In this document: positions 12,198 to 23,099 of the stretch, piece after piece | How the letters are laid out: the number at the start of each line of letters is the position of its first letter | How positions within the stretch are numbered: the stretch's first letter is position 1 | Source: Neophaeotheca triangularis | Taxonomy: Eukaryota | NCBI GenBank assembly: GCA_054600435.1 | Contig: BAAIJX010000003.1 | Location: 558,001-622,000 of the forward strand | Direction of reading: 5' to 3' | Length of the DNA: 64,000 bases | Made by a program: the position numbers and the translations under genes | Notes under the pieces: generated by a model | Seen by the model: the letters and a program-made list of their open reading frames with translations, nothing else | The model's database searches: none | Told to the model about the DNA's origin: nothing

Positions 12198-14489
12198 ATG
12201 GCGACCCCCACACCCACCCAACAGCCCGCCAGCGGCCAACCAACCTCCGCCAGCAAGAAAATGAACCAACAACACGCCCCTGCCACAACCCCCGCCCACC
12301 TCTCCTCACCAGCCCCGCGCAGCATCCCCTCCCCCGCGACAGTCCGCCGCGACCAAGCCGGCAAAACCCCCACAACCCACCACGGCCAGAACGCGCAAGG
12401 CAGCAGCAGCAATAGCAAAAGTCTCGCGACCGCCACAGCCGCGACGCCCATGATCCGCAACCCGAGCTTCACGGGCACCAACGCGTCGTCCGGCTCGCCC
12501 GGCGCGGGAGGACTCTTGGGAGCCGGCGGGGGTTTCGGCACACCGCTGGGTTTGGGCTTGGATTTAGGCGGCAGTGGCGGCGCAGGAGGACCACCGACAA
12601 CAACAACGACGACAACGGCCATGGGCGCGACGCCGCTGCTTTCTTCGTCGCTCGGGACGCCGGGGTTTCACGCCGCGGTGGATAAGATGCTCGCGACGGC
12701 GGGGGAGGAGGGGCAGCGCAAGCGGGACGTGGAGGCGGAGCGGCGGGGGAATGTGCGGAGGGTTTTGGGGATTTTGGGGACGAGGGGGGACAGGGTTGGG
12801 GAAGAGGGGGTCGCGAGAGTGGCGCGCCGGGTTGGGTTCGAGAATGATATTGATGCGGAGAGTTTGACTGCTGAGCAGAGGGAGCGGAGGGTTGGGAATC
12901 GCGCTGTGAGTATTGCGGGGAACACGGTTGTGGTTGATGTGGTTTTGAGGGAGCAGGTGCCGAGGAGGGTTGAGGTTATTCATATTGGGGAGACGGAGGC
13001 GTTGGGGGAGCATGCGAGGTTTGCTGGGGAGAGGTTGTTGGGGGACTTGAGGGGTCGGCGGGGCGGGTTGGGGAGTTCGTTGGAGCGGTTTGCCGAGAGT
13101 TTGGAGGGATTGGCGAGGGTTGATCGGTTGAGTAGTGAGAAGGTGAATTGTTTCGAGGGCATTACCGGGGTTTATGCGAGTTTGAGGCGTTTGTGGGAGG
13201 TGGAGAGGAAGGCGGTTTCGCAGGGGTTGGGGGATGGTGGTGAGAGGGAGCCAAGGGTGGATGCGGAGGTTTTGAGCCGGAGGAGTGGGAGGCCTACGTT
13301 TTGCGCGAGAGGGAGGTTAGGAGTAGGGATTGAGTATTGGAGACGACCTGTGCTTGATGGTGGCGAGGAGCGTGGGAAACAAGAGCGAGGGCAAGACGTG
13401 GCCATGCGAGACGCAGACCAAGGCCAGGAGGAGACAGGTTCCGACGAAAACAAGGATACATACTGTCTACGGATCGAAGCCGAACCTCTACACGGCGAGC
13501 TCTTCCCCCCGATACGGATCTCGAGCAACTGGCTACCGGAATCCTTCGAGCTGCCCGATCCGGCCTCAGCTCAAGGTCTACCATGGCACGATCCTCCCCA
13601 AACAGTGCTGAACGCAGACAAGCAGTCCAGCGACGCCATGAACATGGACCCCTCGAACCAAAAACTACCAGAAGTACGTTTCGTAGCCAAACTGGACCCT
13701 CCCATCACCTTACCCCTACCAGTCGCAATGAACGTCCTCCAAGCTGTGGGTGCAAACGTACCCAACTTCACCCAAGCACAACCGGCGTACCACTCGCTGG
13801 TGCTCCCCGGCAGTGCCTCAAGTGCGCAAAGCGGCATGCCTGTCACCACGAGCGAGCAACCCAGCTTCTCCTTCGCCAACAACCGTGAAGAAACGAGCAA
13901 ACACAACTACAATCTCTTCGTCCCCGAAGCCACCGCCCTCTCGTACTACGGCTACCGCCTAGAAAGCCTACCCTTCTCGCACCCACGTCAACTAGTCGAG
14001 CTCCTCCCAACACTAAGACAGTGGGCTCGAAGCGAAGAACTACTAAAAGCCCTCTTCCCTCCCACGACACCACCAACACTTCCACCACCTCAGCCCGCCC
14101 AATCCCAAACCACAACTTTCGGACCCCCGAAAGACCTCTCCCTCGATAGTATCCTGACACCACCACACAACGCGCCGGACGCCTCCTCTTCTTCTTCCAT
14201 TCCGGTGACGACGGCTTTACCTATCGACGTGGCACTGAGTACTTTGCAGTCTCCCATTATCACTCTGGTGCTTCCCATCGGACGGCAGCGGACTGATACT
14301 ACCGCTGTTGCTGTGCAAGTCTTGCCGAATGGGGTTTTGCAAGTCGATGGTGGTGGTGGTGGTGGTGGTGGTGGATTTGATGGCGTGAAAGCGGCAAAAG
14401 CTCTGGAGGCTTGTGGGGGGGAGGTCGCGACTTGGGTTGAGTGGGTGAGGTGTCGGGTTTTGAATGCGGGAAAGGAGGAAGGAGGATGA
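12198..14489 (+). CDS. MED1: Mediator complex subunit Med1 (probable)
   Basis: 763-aa intronless ORF. Motifs SIAGNTVVVDV, LARVDRLS..NCFEGI.G.Y.SL..LW, SGRP...GRLGVGIEYW, FVAKLDPP and FSHPRQLVELLPTLRQW are typical of fungal Med1. Confidence 0.8.
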   Translation: MATPTPTQQPASGQPTSASKKMNQQHAPATTPAHLSSPAPRSIPSPATVRRDQAGKTPTTHHGQNAQGSSSNSKSLATATAATPMIRNPSFTGTNASSGSPGAGGLLGAGGGFGTPLGLGLDLGGSGGAGGPPTTTTTTTAMGATPLLSSSLGTPGFHAAVDKMLATAGEEGQRKRDVEAERRGNVRRVLGILGTRGDRVGEEGVARVARRVGFENDIDAESLTAEQRERRVGNRAVSIAGNTVVVDVVLREQVPRRVEVIHIGETEALGEHARFAGERLLGDLRGRRGGLGSSLERFAESLEGLARVDRLSSEKVNCFEGITGVYASLRRLWEVERKAVSQGLGDGGEREPRVDAEVLSRRSGRPTFCARGRLGVGIEYWRRPVLDGGEERGKQERGQDVAMRDADQGQEETGSDENKDTYCLRIEAEPLHGELFPPIRISSNWLPESFELPDPASAQGLPWHDPPQTVLNADKQSSDAMNMDPSNQKLPEVRFVAKLDPPITLPLPVAMNVLQAVGANVPNFTQAQPAYHSLVLPGSASSAQSGMPVTTSEQPSFSFANNREETSKHNYNLFVPEATALSYYGYRLESLPFSHPRQLVELLPTLRQWARSEELLKALFPPTTPPTLPPPQPAQSQTTTFGPPKDLSLDSILTPPHNAPDASSSSSIPVTTALPIDVALSTLQSPIITLVLPIGRQRTDTTAVAVQVLPNGVLQVDGGGGGGGGGFDGVKAAKALEACGGEVATWVEWVRCRVLNAGKEEGG

Positions 14490-15147
14490 GAGTGGGAGCG
14501 GGAGTGGATTGTGAGGGCTTTTGTAGTAGTCAAGAGGAAAACGGTGCGAAAGCATATGAGTGTTTCGTTACACCTCAAGGCCTTTGGAGAGATGGCAGTG
14601 GAAAGGAATGGACATTGTTAGATTTTATAAAGATAAGGTGCCCGATTCACCTACCGTCGACGTCGAGCTGGGAGACGCGACAATGGCATGGCATGCATGG
14701 TATGTGTCGATGCGTCTTTTGGCTACGCGCCGTGTGTTGATTACCATCAGAGCTAAAGGTGTGCACGCAATCATAATATCAATAATAACAACAACACCCA
14801 TGGCCGGACAGGGCTGCCGTCGCAACTGGTTGGTGACGAATAGTAATAATAATGAGGTCGATTAGTTGGGTGGTAGGTAGGTGTGGTCCATGGATTTTTG
14901 TTTCGCAAACTCTGGAACGGGCAGCGTCATCATCGTGCATGATGTTCCGTTTAGCGCCTGTGGCATGAGCCGGGTAGTCGTAAGATGCCGCATGATGCAT
15001 CCCGGCCGGTGACGGTGGTAAGCTGAAGGATGGACCTGGAGCATTGGATGGATTCAAGAGAGACGGCGTTGTTTATTCGTATGTTAGATATTTTATCAAT
15101 CGGTGAGGTGGGAGAAGGTGAAGCCTTTTATCATCTGTCAGCACTAC

Positions 15148-15187
15148 CATCATTATCATTATCATCATCATCATCATCATCATCATC
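15148..15187. repeat. (ATC/ATT)n microsatellite upstream of NCE102
   Basis: catcattatcattatcatcatcatcatcatcatcatcatc. Confidence 0.9.
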
Positions 15188-15620
15188 TCGTCGAGTTCCA
15201 GTAGTAAGTGGTACAGTACTACGGTACCTATTGGATGGATTTGGGCAGTTTGTGAGAAGTGGGCCGACTTTTTTAGCCTTTGCTCACCCGTACCTAGGTA
15301 GCTTGCCCCCGTTCTACTGGAGCTTGCACATTGCATAGACGTCATAGCCGCCCAGCTTTTGTCGCGCAGCTGCCCACGTCTCCGCGCCCGCCCTCTTGTC
15401 GCTCGTCCTTGCGCCGCCTGCTACAAGAACTTCTACCCTCCGTTTCTCACCTTTTCACTACCTACTCCCCTTCTTCCTTTGCACCCACACTATCACCGAT
15501 AACCGAGCAGACACACTGTTACACCTACGCCGAGTAGCCTCCTACCTCGCAATCAACCTATACCACCTGTACCAGCAGTAGCACAACACCACCACAACCA
15601 CCACCACCGCCGCCGCCGCA

Positions 15621-16225
15621 ATGTCTCTCGCCAAACCCCTCAACCTGGCCATGCGGGCCTCCGCCTTCCTCTGGGCTCTCCTCGTCATGGCACTCATCGG
15701 TAACATGATCGCCATGCAAAACGGTGGCAGCCCAGCCATTGTCAACTACGCCATGTTCTGCGCCGTCTTCGCCATGCTCTGCCTGCTGTACCTGATTCCC
15801 GCGACGCTCAAGGAAGCTTTCGCCATCAACCCCATCATTCCTCTCGCCCTCGACGTCCTGCTTGCCATCTTCTGGTTCTGTGGCGCCGTCGCCATGGCCG
15901 CGTACTTGGGCGCACAGAGCTGCACTAACCGCGTAAGCTTCCATCCTACACACAGCCAGCTCTAAACGCGAGAGAGTGGTCTCACTAACGCGAATTGCTC
16001 GACGTACAGAACTACACCTCCAACAACTTTGTCATCAACGGCAACGGCGGGCTCGAGAAGCGCTGCCGCGAAGCCCAAGCCTCGACCGCCTTCCTCTGGT
16101 TTGGTTTTGCGTCGTTCGCCGCTTCGGCCGTCCTCTCGGCTCTCGGCGGCATCGGTGGCAGCGGTGTCAACATGCGTGGTGGTGCCGGTGGCATCCGTCG
16201 CGGGCCCGCCATGAGCCAGGTATAG
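15621..16225 (+). CDS. NCE102: MARVEL-domain membrane protein Nce102; exons 15621-15932, 16010-16225
   Basis: Four hydrophobic segments, with NYAMFCAVF, SCTN and RCREAQASTAFLWF motifs and a C-terminal GPAMSQV. Intron GTAAGC...CTAAC...CAG. Confidence 0.88.
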
Positions 16226-17678
16226 AGATGAGATCATCGCCATAACACCAAAGGCCACTGTACCTGTACCCTGCCGGGACCAGAGCCGGCGGAGTTCATC
16301 TCCTCGCTAGCTTGCACAACCGGCATACCGTCTGTATGGCTGGTTTTCTTGTTTTCCTCTTTTCTCGTTTATACGCTTCTCAGACGTTGGATCAACACGG
16401 GGTGTTTTTCGTACATGCAACCATGACTACGCGCTTGAGCGGACGATATTACGCGCGGGCAAAATGGGAGACGGGGCCGGGGGACGCGAGCGTCTGCGAT
16501 TGACGACGTGATGGATCTTCGGGATGGGTGTGTTGGGGGAGGAAATACCTAATGTCTTAACATACAGTTGTGCTTTTGTACTATTATCAAACCGAAAAAA
16601 AAACATTTCAAAGTGGATCAATAGGATTGAGTATAGAAGAGAAGTTGTTTAACGCGTATCACGGACAGTGAATTTAGCAGCGACTTCGTGTGGTGTCTCG
16701 CGTATATTGCACGATTTCCATATCGCATCTACTGACATGCTCCTAGATTTTGCCATGACCCCTAACAACGTTGATGACTCGCTGGGTTTATCAGCAGGTC
16801 CAAAAAACCGGACATCTAATTATCTATGGAATGGACGAGATTCTGGGAAGCCGTGAGCTGCCACATATCAATAAGGTACCTACCTAGGTACAGCAGCAGA
16901 GCCATTATAAATTCGTCTCACGGATAGGTAATACCTTAACCTAAGCCATTTTGATGCAGCCGGCGTCATTTCCCCTGCCCATCTTGTCCGAGGCAAGCCA
17001 CGGCGGAAGCTCGCGCGATGGCTGTATTTGATTTGCTTCTGTGTGGATCCTGTTCCTCGGACACAAATGCACTATCACTACCTTAGCATTTATCAGTATC
17101 TGCCCATGAATAATCCGATCTGATCGCAAAACAGAGCATTTAGAGTTGGTAGGGCTGGAGTCATGACGACGAGGGGTCCCTCTCTTCCATCCGTCTCTTC
17201 CTGAGGGGCTTCCTCCGTTTCTGCAGTCTGTAACAACAGAAGAATGCCTTAACGTCAGGTCTCGCGTATCTGCTGCTGCAAACGAGTTTTGAGCTACGAG
17301 AAAAGCAAGTAAACAAGTACAACAATCTTGCCCTGTTCTTTGTCACTCTATTCACTCTACCCTACACTACTCCGACTGTCGATCGCTCATTTGCTTGCTT
17401 TCGACGACCAGTGGCATCATCGTCTGTTGATCGCGCCCAGACGACAGCAATTGGCGTAGGCGCGGCATACGCAGGGTCGTACATACATCCATCACTACTA
17501 CGACCACTACAAACTGTCTTTGTTGTTGTTGTTGTCGGAGGAAATGTGGCAACGGATGCTGATGATCAACAACTAACCCGCCACATCTTCGTTCCATCAC
17601 CATCAGACGTGAAGCGGGCAATCGGCCTGACTTCCGATTTTCTTTGCTTTGGCAAACAACATCAACCCCATCGCTACC

Positions 17679-20600
17679 ATGGCGGCCACTCCCGGTCCCA
17701 ATGGCGAGACCAGACACGATCTGAACCACCTGTCGCCGAGTCTACTCTATGACAAAGAAGGCAACAGCATCGTCCCCACCACCGTTCCACCCGCAATCAC
17801 CTTCGACGACTACAGCAGCAATGCAGTCCCAGAAAGACGATCCGAAGACGCCGGCGCCTCATACTTCGACGCCAAACCCGCGCACGCCGGCCGCATCGAG
17901 CGCGAAGAGGAAACCAGCGACACCGAATCCATCGAGAGCGTGTACGCCACCCCAGGCGCTTTCGCAGAGAACGCGCGACCCCCACCGCAGCGAGCTGGCA
18001 CCGCGCCCATCGATAGCAGACGACCGCGAGCGAGGGACTGGAATACCGAGAGGCCCAAACCGTCTATAAAGCGTGGTTCGCTGCTTGGAGGCAAGAGGAG
18101 GGTCGCGTCTGCCGATCAACAAAGGCGCGCGCCGTATTCGTATCAGTTCGATCCCGTGTCTTCGAGTTCTGATTCTAGCAGTTCGGAAGAGGAGGGCAAG
18201 GGCGCTGCGCAGGAGGCGGGGAAGACGAAGAAGACGAAGAAGCAACAGCAACAGCAGGGCGGGGCGAGAAACGGTGACAAGGGCCCGAGGAGGGGTTCGG
18301 ATGCGCCGTACTCCAAGTTCAAGGTCGGAAACGAGCATTTTAGTACCAAAGGCAAGGTTTCGAAGAAAGACGGTAGGCTGAACATTTCCGTCAACGAGAC
18401 GGAGAACAGCGGGTATATTTCGAAAGCGCTGGGGCAGACCCTCAAGCATCATCTCAACGTTCCCAAACGGAGCAAGAAGGAAATTGACAGGAAGAAGAGC
18501 GCGGACGACATGTCTGCGATCAGGGAGGAGAAGGAATCACAGGAGATTGACAGTGATGCCGAATCCATTGCCAAGTCCCTGCACACGCAAGTCACCAGGC
18601 CGAAGATGAACATCGTAGTCATGGTTATTGGCAGCAGAGGCGATATCCAGCCCTTTCTCAAAGTCGGCAAGATACTGAAGCAGGACTACGGCCACCGCGT
18701 ACGTATAGCCACACACCCAGCCTTTCGCGATTTTGTCGAAAAGGACCAAGGACTCGAATTCTTCAGCGTCGGCGGCGATCCCTCGGAACTCATGGCTTTC
18801 ATGGTGAAGAACCCAGGCCTCATCCCAAACATGGAAACTGTACGCGCCGGCGAGATCCCACGACGCCGCGCAGCTATGGCGGAGATGTTTGAAGGCTTCT
18901 GGCGCGCTTGCGTCAACGCCACCGATGATGAAAAAGACGTGGAGAATATCAGACTCATAGGCAAAAAGCACCCGTTCGTCGCCGACGCCATCATCGCCAA
19001 CCCTCCCTCCTTTGCACACGTCCACATCGCCGAGCGTCTGGGCATCCCGCTGCACATGATGTTCACCTTCCCCTACAGCCCGACGCAAGCTTTCCCCCAC
19101 CCGCTGGCCAACATCAAACCGCAAAAGAGCAACGTCGACAAGGGCTACGTGAACTTTATGAGCTACCCACTCGTCGAGATGATGACCTGGCAGGGTCTAG
19201 GCGACATCGCGAACCGCTTCCGCGAGAACACGCTGGGTTTGGAGCCTGTGAGCTCGCTGTGGGCGCCCGGCGCGCTGTACCGCATGAAAGTGCCCTACAC
19301 CTACATGTGGAGCCCGTCACTCGTACCCAAGCCCGAGGACTGGGGCCCAGAGATCGATCTCTCCGGTTTCGTCTTCCTCGACCTGGCGAGCAATTTCCAG
19401 CCGCCTCAGGAACTGACGGATTTCCTGGACGCAGGAGATCCTCCGATTTACATTGGTTTCGGCAGTATTGTCGTCGATGATCCCGAAGCTTTTACCGAGA
19501 TGATCTTCAAGGCTGTTGAGCTGGCTGGTGTGCGAGCGCTGGTCAATAAAGGCTGGGGAGGGTTGGGCGGTGAAAACACTCCTGAAAATATTCACATGCT
19601 CGGCAACACCCCCCATGACTGGCTGTTCCCCAAGTGCAAAGCTGTCGTCCACCACGGCGGCGCGGGTACTACAGCTATTGGTCTCAAACTCGGCAAGCCC
19701 ACTATGATTGTGCCTTTCTTCGGTGACCAGCCGTTCTGGGGTGCAATGGTGGCTGAAGCCAAAGCCGGAGCCCACGAGTGCATTCCGTACAAGAAACTCA
19801 ACGCCGAGCGCCTCGCGGAAGGCATCAAGCAATGCATGCTGCCGGAGTCCCAGGAGAACGTCAAGAAGATTGCCGAATCGATTGAGAACGAGGGCGACGG
19901 TGCGGAAAACGCCGTCAAGTCTTTCCACCGCAGTCTGCCGCTATCCGGAAGCCATAACATGAGGTGCTCGATCCTCGAAGACCGCGTCGCTGTCTGGCAG
20001 CTCAAACGCTCTTCGCTGCGGCTTTCGGCGCTTGCGGCCGATCTGCTCGTCGCAAAGGGTAAGATCAAGTGGAATGATCTGTTACTCATGCGGCATTACG
20101 AGTGGAACGACTTTGACGGGCCAGGCGAGCCCATCTCCGGCGGTGCCATGGCTGTGGGCAACTCGCTCTTCGATATGGGTAAAGGTGTCGGTATGGTGCC
20201 GATGCGCGTTGCCAAGACTATCAAGAAGCGCGAGGAGCACGAGAAGAAAAAGGAGGCGGCACGTCAGCGTCGCGAGGAGCGCAGACGTAAGAGAGAGACG
20301 GTGAGACAGGTGAAGAAGGACGAGAAGACCAATGCCCAGGCGGGTACAATCGACGACGGTAACACCAACGACATGGCGCAGCAACAGCAGCAGCGTGAAG
20401 CGGAACAGCAAAAACAACAGCAGCAGCAAGATCAACAGCAGTCAGGGGATCCGCAGCGACAGAATCCACAACGCCCTGCTTTGCCCACGGGCAACACATC
20501 CATGACCACCGGATCCTTCATGTCCGCCGACCCGGAAGAACCCGTGGCGCAAGAAGTCGCCGAAGACGTGGGCAAGGGTTTCGGCCAGACTGGTCTCGCC

Positions 20601-21731
20601 CTGCTCAATATGCCTAACGATTTGCACATGGCCATTGCTCAAGGTTTCCACAATGCGCCACGTCTTTGGGGCGACGCCACAGTCCGCAAACCCGTCCGCA
20701 TCACGGGCATGCGCTCAGGCCTCGTCGCCGCGCGCAACGAATTCGGCTACGGCGTCTACGACGGCGTCACGGGGATCGTAACCCAGCCCGTCGGCGGCTG
20801 GAAAGACGGCGTCGGCGTCGGCGACAAGTTCCTCGGTTTTGGCAAGGGCGTGGGCAAGGGTGTCGGCGGGTTCGTGCTCAAGGACATTTCCGCCATTGTC
20901 GCACCGCCCGCTTTCGTGTGGAAGGGCCTCCGCAAGCACGTGCAGAAACGCACCGGCGGCCCCGGCACCAACCTCTTCATCCGTCGCGCTCACATTGTGC
21001 AAGGGCAAAAGGACGTGCACGCGCTTGAAGTGCAAAGAGACGGCGAGCGGGAGGAGCAGCTCCGCCGGATCCGCGACCTCGTCGACGAGGGCTGGCGCAC
21101 GTACGAGGAAATCTGGGACCAGGCCAGCTACCACCGCACGCACGGCGGCTTCCTCAGTCGCTGGAAACTGGACCGCGAGAAGAAGCGGTGGGAGGCCAAC
21201 GGCGCTCTGGAAAACGTCGGGACCGCGGACCGCGCTCTCGCGGCTCGCAAGCGCGGCGAAGATCTCGATCGGCTGTTTCGTAAACGGCGGCAGGAGATGC
21301 GCGAGGCGGAGAAGCCACGTGCCGGCGCCATGGAGCAGCCGGAGACTTTTGAGGAGGCGCCCGATGCGCTGCCCAACGGGCGCAAGGTCGAGGGCGTCGA
21401 AAAGCAGGACAAGGGCATGTCTACATTCCCCAAGGGCGTGCCCGAGGGCGAGGAGGTCAAGGATGTCGTTGGCGATAAGGAGATTGAGGAGGAGGGGGTC
21501 CAAGGGTCTGCTGGGGGGCCGAATGGAGAGGGCGAGGAGGAGGAGGATGGCATGGGGAGTGAGAGTACTGCTGTTGCTACCCCTGAGGAGCGGCAGGGTG
21601 AGGGGAAGGGGAAGGAGAAGGAGAAGGGGCAAGGGGGCGATCGTATTCAGTTTGCCGGCGAGAAGATTGGAAAGGGCCCGGGTGGTCCGCCGAATGCGGC
21701 TTTGGCTGGCAAGGGCATGGTGAGCGCGTGA
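17679..21731 (+). CDS. Sterol 3-beta-glucosyltransferase-like (GT1/Glyco_transf_28) protein lacking PH-GRAM domains
   Basis: Motifs IGSRGDIQPF, HRVRIATH, DAIIANPP, YIGFGSIV, PHDWLF and VHHGGAGTTA...PFFGDQPFWG. The first ATG is at 17679; the ORF track starts earlier at a TTG. Confidence 0.9.
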   Translation: MAATPGPNGETRHDLNHLSPSLLYDKEGNSIVPTTVPPAITFDDYSSNAVPERRSEDAGASYFDAKPAHAGRIEREEETSDTESIESVYATPGAFAENARPPPQRAGTAPIDSRRPRARDWNTERPKPSIKRGSLLGGKRRVASADQQRRAPYSYQFDPVSSSSDSSSSEEEGKGAAQEAGKTKKTKKQQQQQGGARNGDKGPRRGSDAPYSKFKVGNEHFSTKGKVSKKDGRLNISVNETENSGYISKALGQTLKHHLNVPKRSKKEIDRKKSADDMSAIREEKESQEIDSDAESIAKSLHTQVTRPKMNIVVMVIGSRGDIQPFLKVGKILKQDYGHRVRIATHPAFRDFVEKDQGLEFFSVGGDPSELMAFMVKNPGLIPNMETVRAGEIPRRRAAMAEMFEGFWRACVNATDDEKDVENIRLIGKKHPFVADAIIANPPSFAHVHIAERLGIPLHMMFTFPYSPTQAFPHPLANIKPQKSNVDKGYVNFMSYPLVEMMTWQGLGDIANRFRENTLGLEPVSSLWAPGALYRMKVPYTYMWSPSLVPKPEDWGPEIDLSGFVFLDLASNFQPPQELTDFLDAGDPPIYIGFGSIVVDDPEAFTEMIFKAVELAGVRALVNKGWGGLGGENTPENIHMLGNTPHDWLFPKCKAVVHHGGAGTTAIGLKLGKPTMIVPFFGDQPFWGAMVAEAKAGAHECIPYKKLNAERLAEGIKQCMLPESQENVKKIAESIENEGDGAENAVKSFHRSLPLSGSHNMRCSILEDRVAVWQLKRSSLRLSALAADLLVAKGKIKWNDLLLMRHYEWNDFDGPGEPISGGAMAVGNSLFDMGKGVGMVPMRVAKTIKKREEHEKKKEAARQRREERRRKRETVRQVKKDEKTNAQAGTIDDGNTNDMAQQQQQREAEQQKQQQQQDQQQSGDPQRQNPQRPALPTGNTSMTTGSFMSADPEEPVAQEVAEDVGKGFGQTGLALLNMPNDLHMAIAQGFHNAPRLWGDATVRKPVRITGMRSGLVAARNEFGYGVYDGVTGIVTQPVGGWKDGVGVGDKFLGFGKGVGKGVGGFVLKDISAIVAPPAFVWKGLRKHVQKRTGGPGTNLFIRRAHIVQGQKDVHALEVQRDGEREEQLRRIRDLVDEGWRTYEEIWDQASYHRTHGGFLSRWKLDREKKRWEANGALENVGTADRALAARKRGEDLDRLFRKRRQEMREAEKPRAGAMEQPETFEEAPDALPNGRKVEGVEKQDKGMSTFPKGVPEGEEVKDVVGDKEIEEEGVQGSAGGPNGEGEEEEDGMGSESTAVATPEERQGEGKGKEKEKGQGGDRIQFAGEKIGKGPGGPPNAALAGKGMVSA

Positions 21732-23099
21732 GGCGCGTGGGGAGAGCGGGGTCGAGAACGAGGGCGGGCATGTTTGCACGCATTTGCGTCTAGAGCGTGC
21801 CCAAGGGGGGGTTTTGTTTTTCATTTGTCTGGGCACAGCGTTTCCAGTCGGCTTCGGCAGCGAGGTGTTGGTGGCCTTTTTTTTCCCCCTCCACGACAAC
21901 AGAGCGGCATGACATTCCAATGCATCATCACAGGGCGTTTTTATCGCATTGCGTCGGGGTCGACGTGTAGAAGTAGTGGTGCAGAGTATAGATGTAATAC
22001 CCACTCACAGTGTACTGTTATTAATACTTAATCCGTACTTTTGTGTGTTTTTCTTCTTTTACTACCTTGGGTGTCGCTTAAGTATAGCTACCTACCCACC
22101 CGTAAGGATGAAAGAAAAGGGGGGCGCGGGAGGTCATGGAGTGTTGGGTTTTCTGTGGCGATGCTGTTCGCCAAACGTAACAGGCAAGGGTGATGAATTT
22201 TTCGTCTTGGATGGGAGACACACACATATACACAATTGAGAAACATGGAGTTCAGAGACCGTGTCTGATACCTCGTCTGTAGCCAGTATCGACGACTACT
22301 ACAGCCCAGTTGACCCAAGATCCATCGGCAATGGATTAGCGCTGCCATCCGCTCCACCCTCTCCTCTAGCCTCTTCGTCCCGTTCGACGTTAACGGCTTT
22401 ACATGGATTACGAATCTCTTTCGCACTGCCGGGTACCTAGGTACTCCTAGGTAGTCCTTCATCTTGACCGGAGAGTAGCTAGACAAGACCACTAAGACCA
22501 GTTACCAGCCGTCTCAGAAACGGGGCTTTTGTCTTCTGGGCCTTCGATGGTGGCTATGGAGGTCTGCAGGTTGCCTGGGACTCTGTCTTGCTGTTGTTGC
22601 GGGCGAGGAACCGGCCTCGATAACGGAGCTTCAATGCCTTGTTAGCACACTGCGTTGACTGGTACCACTGAGCTCGAGCAGTAATTCCGAAGATTGTTGG
22701 GGCGCGACGCCCACCAGCCGACCCGACGTGATGTCTTTTCGGCCCACTTGCCTGTCGATACAACCTCACCTCGTGTTCTCCCTCATGGCCCTGTGAATGA
22801 GTACGCGGCATCGCTTCTCATTGGAATGTATCAAGTTGAAGGCTTCCATTTATCCGCAGATGCTCCGAATCCCGTCTGCAATCTCTTAATCGTGGCGTAG
22901 GTCGAGTGCGTTTCATTGTTCGTGCATGCACTTGGCATTCACATGCGAGATGCTTTTCTATATACTGTAGTTCTAGTTGTGGGTCCGTGCACTTAGACAC
23001 AGCTCCACCTTCAAAAGGCCGGCTTACTAGACACTCCGACTCCGACTCGACCAGACTATTTCTCCTCTCCTTGAGCCCTACCCCGAAGAATACACTAGC

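Noticed and set aside
20715..22004. 429-aa antisense ORF over the glucosyltransferase
   Set aside because: Shadow ORF produced by biased codon usage of the sense gene, with no recognisable motifs.
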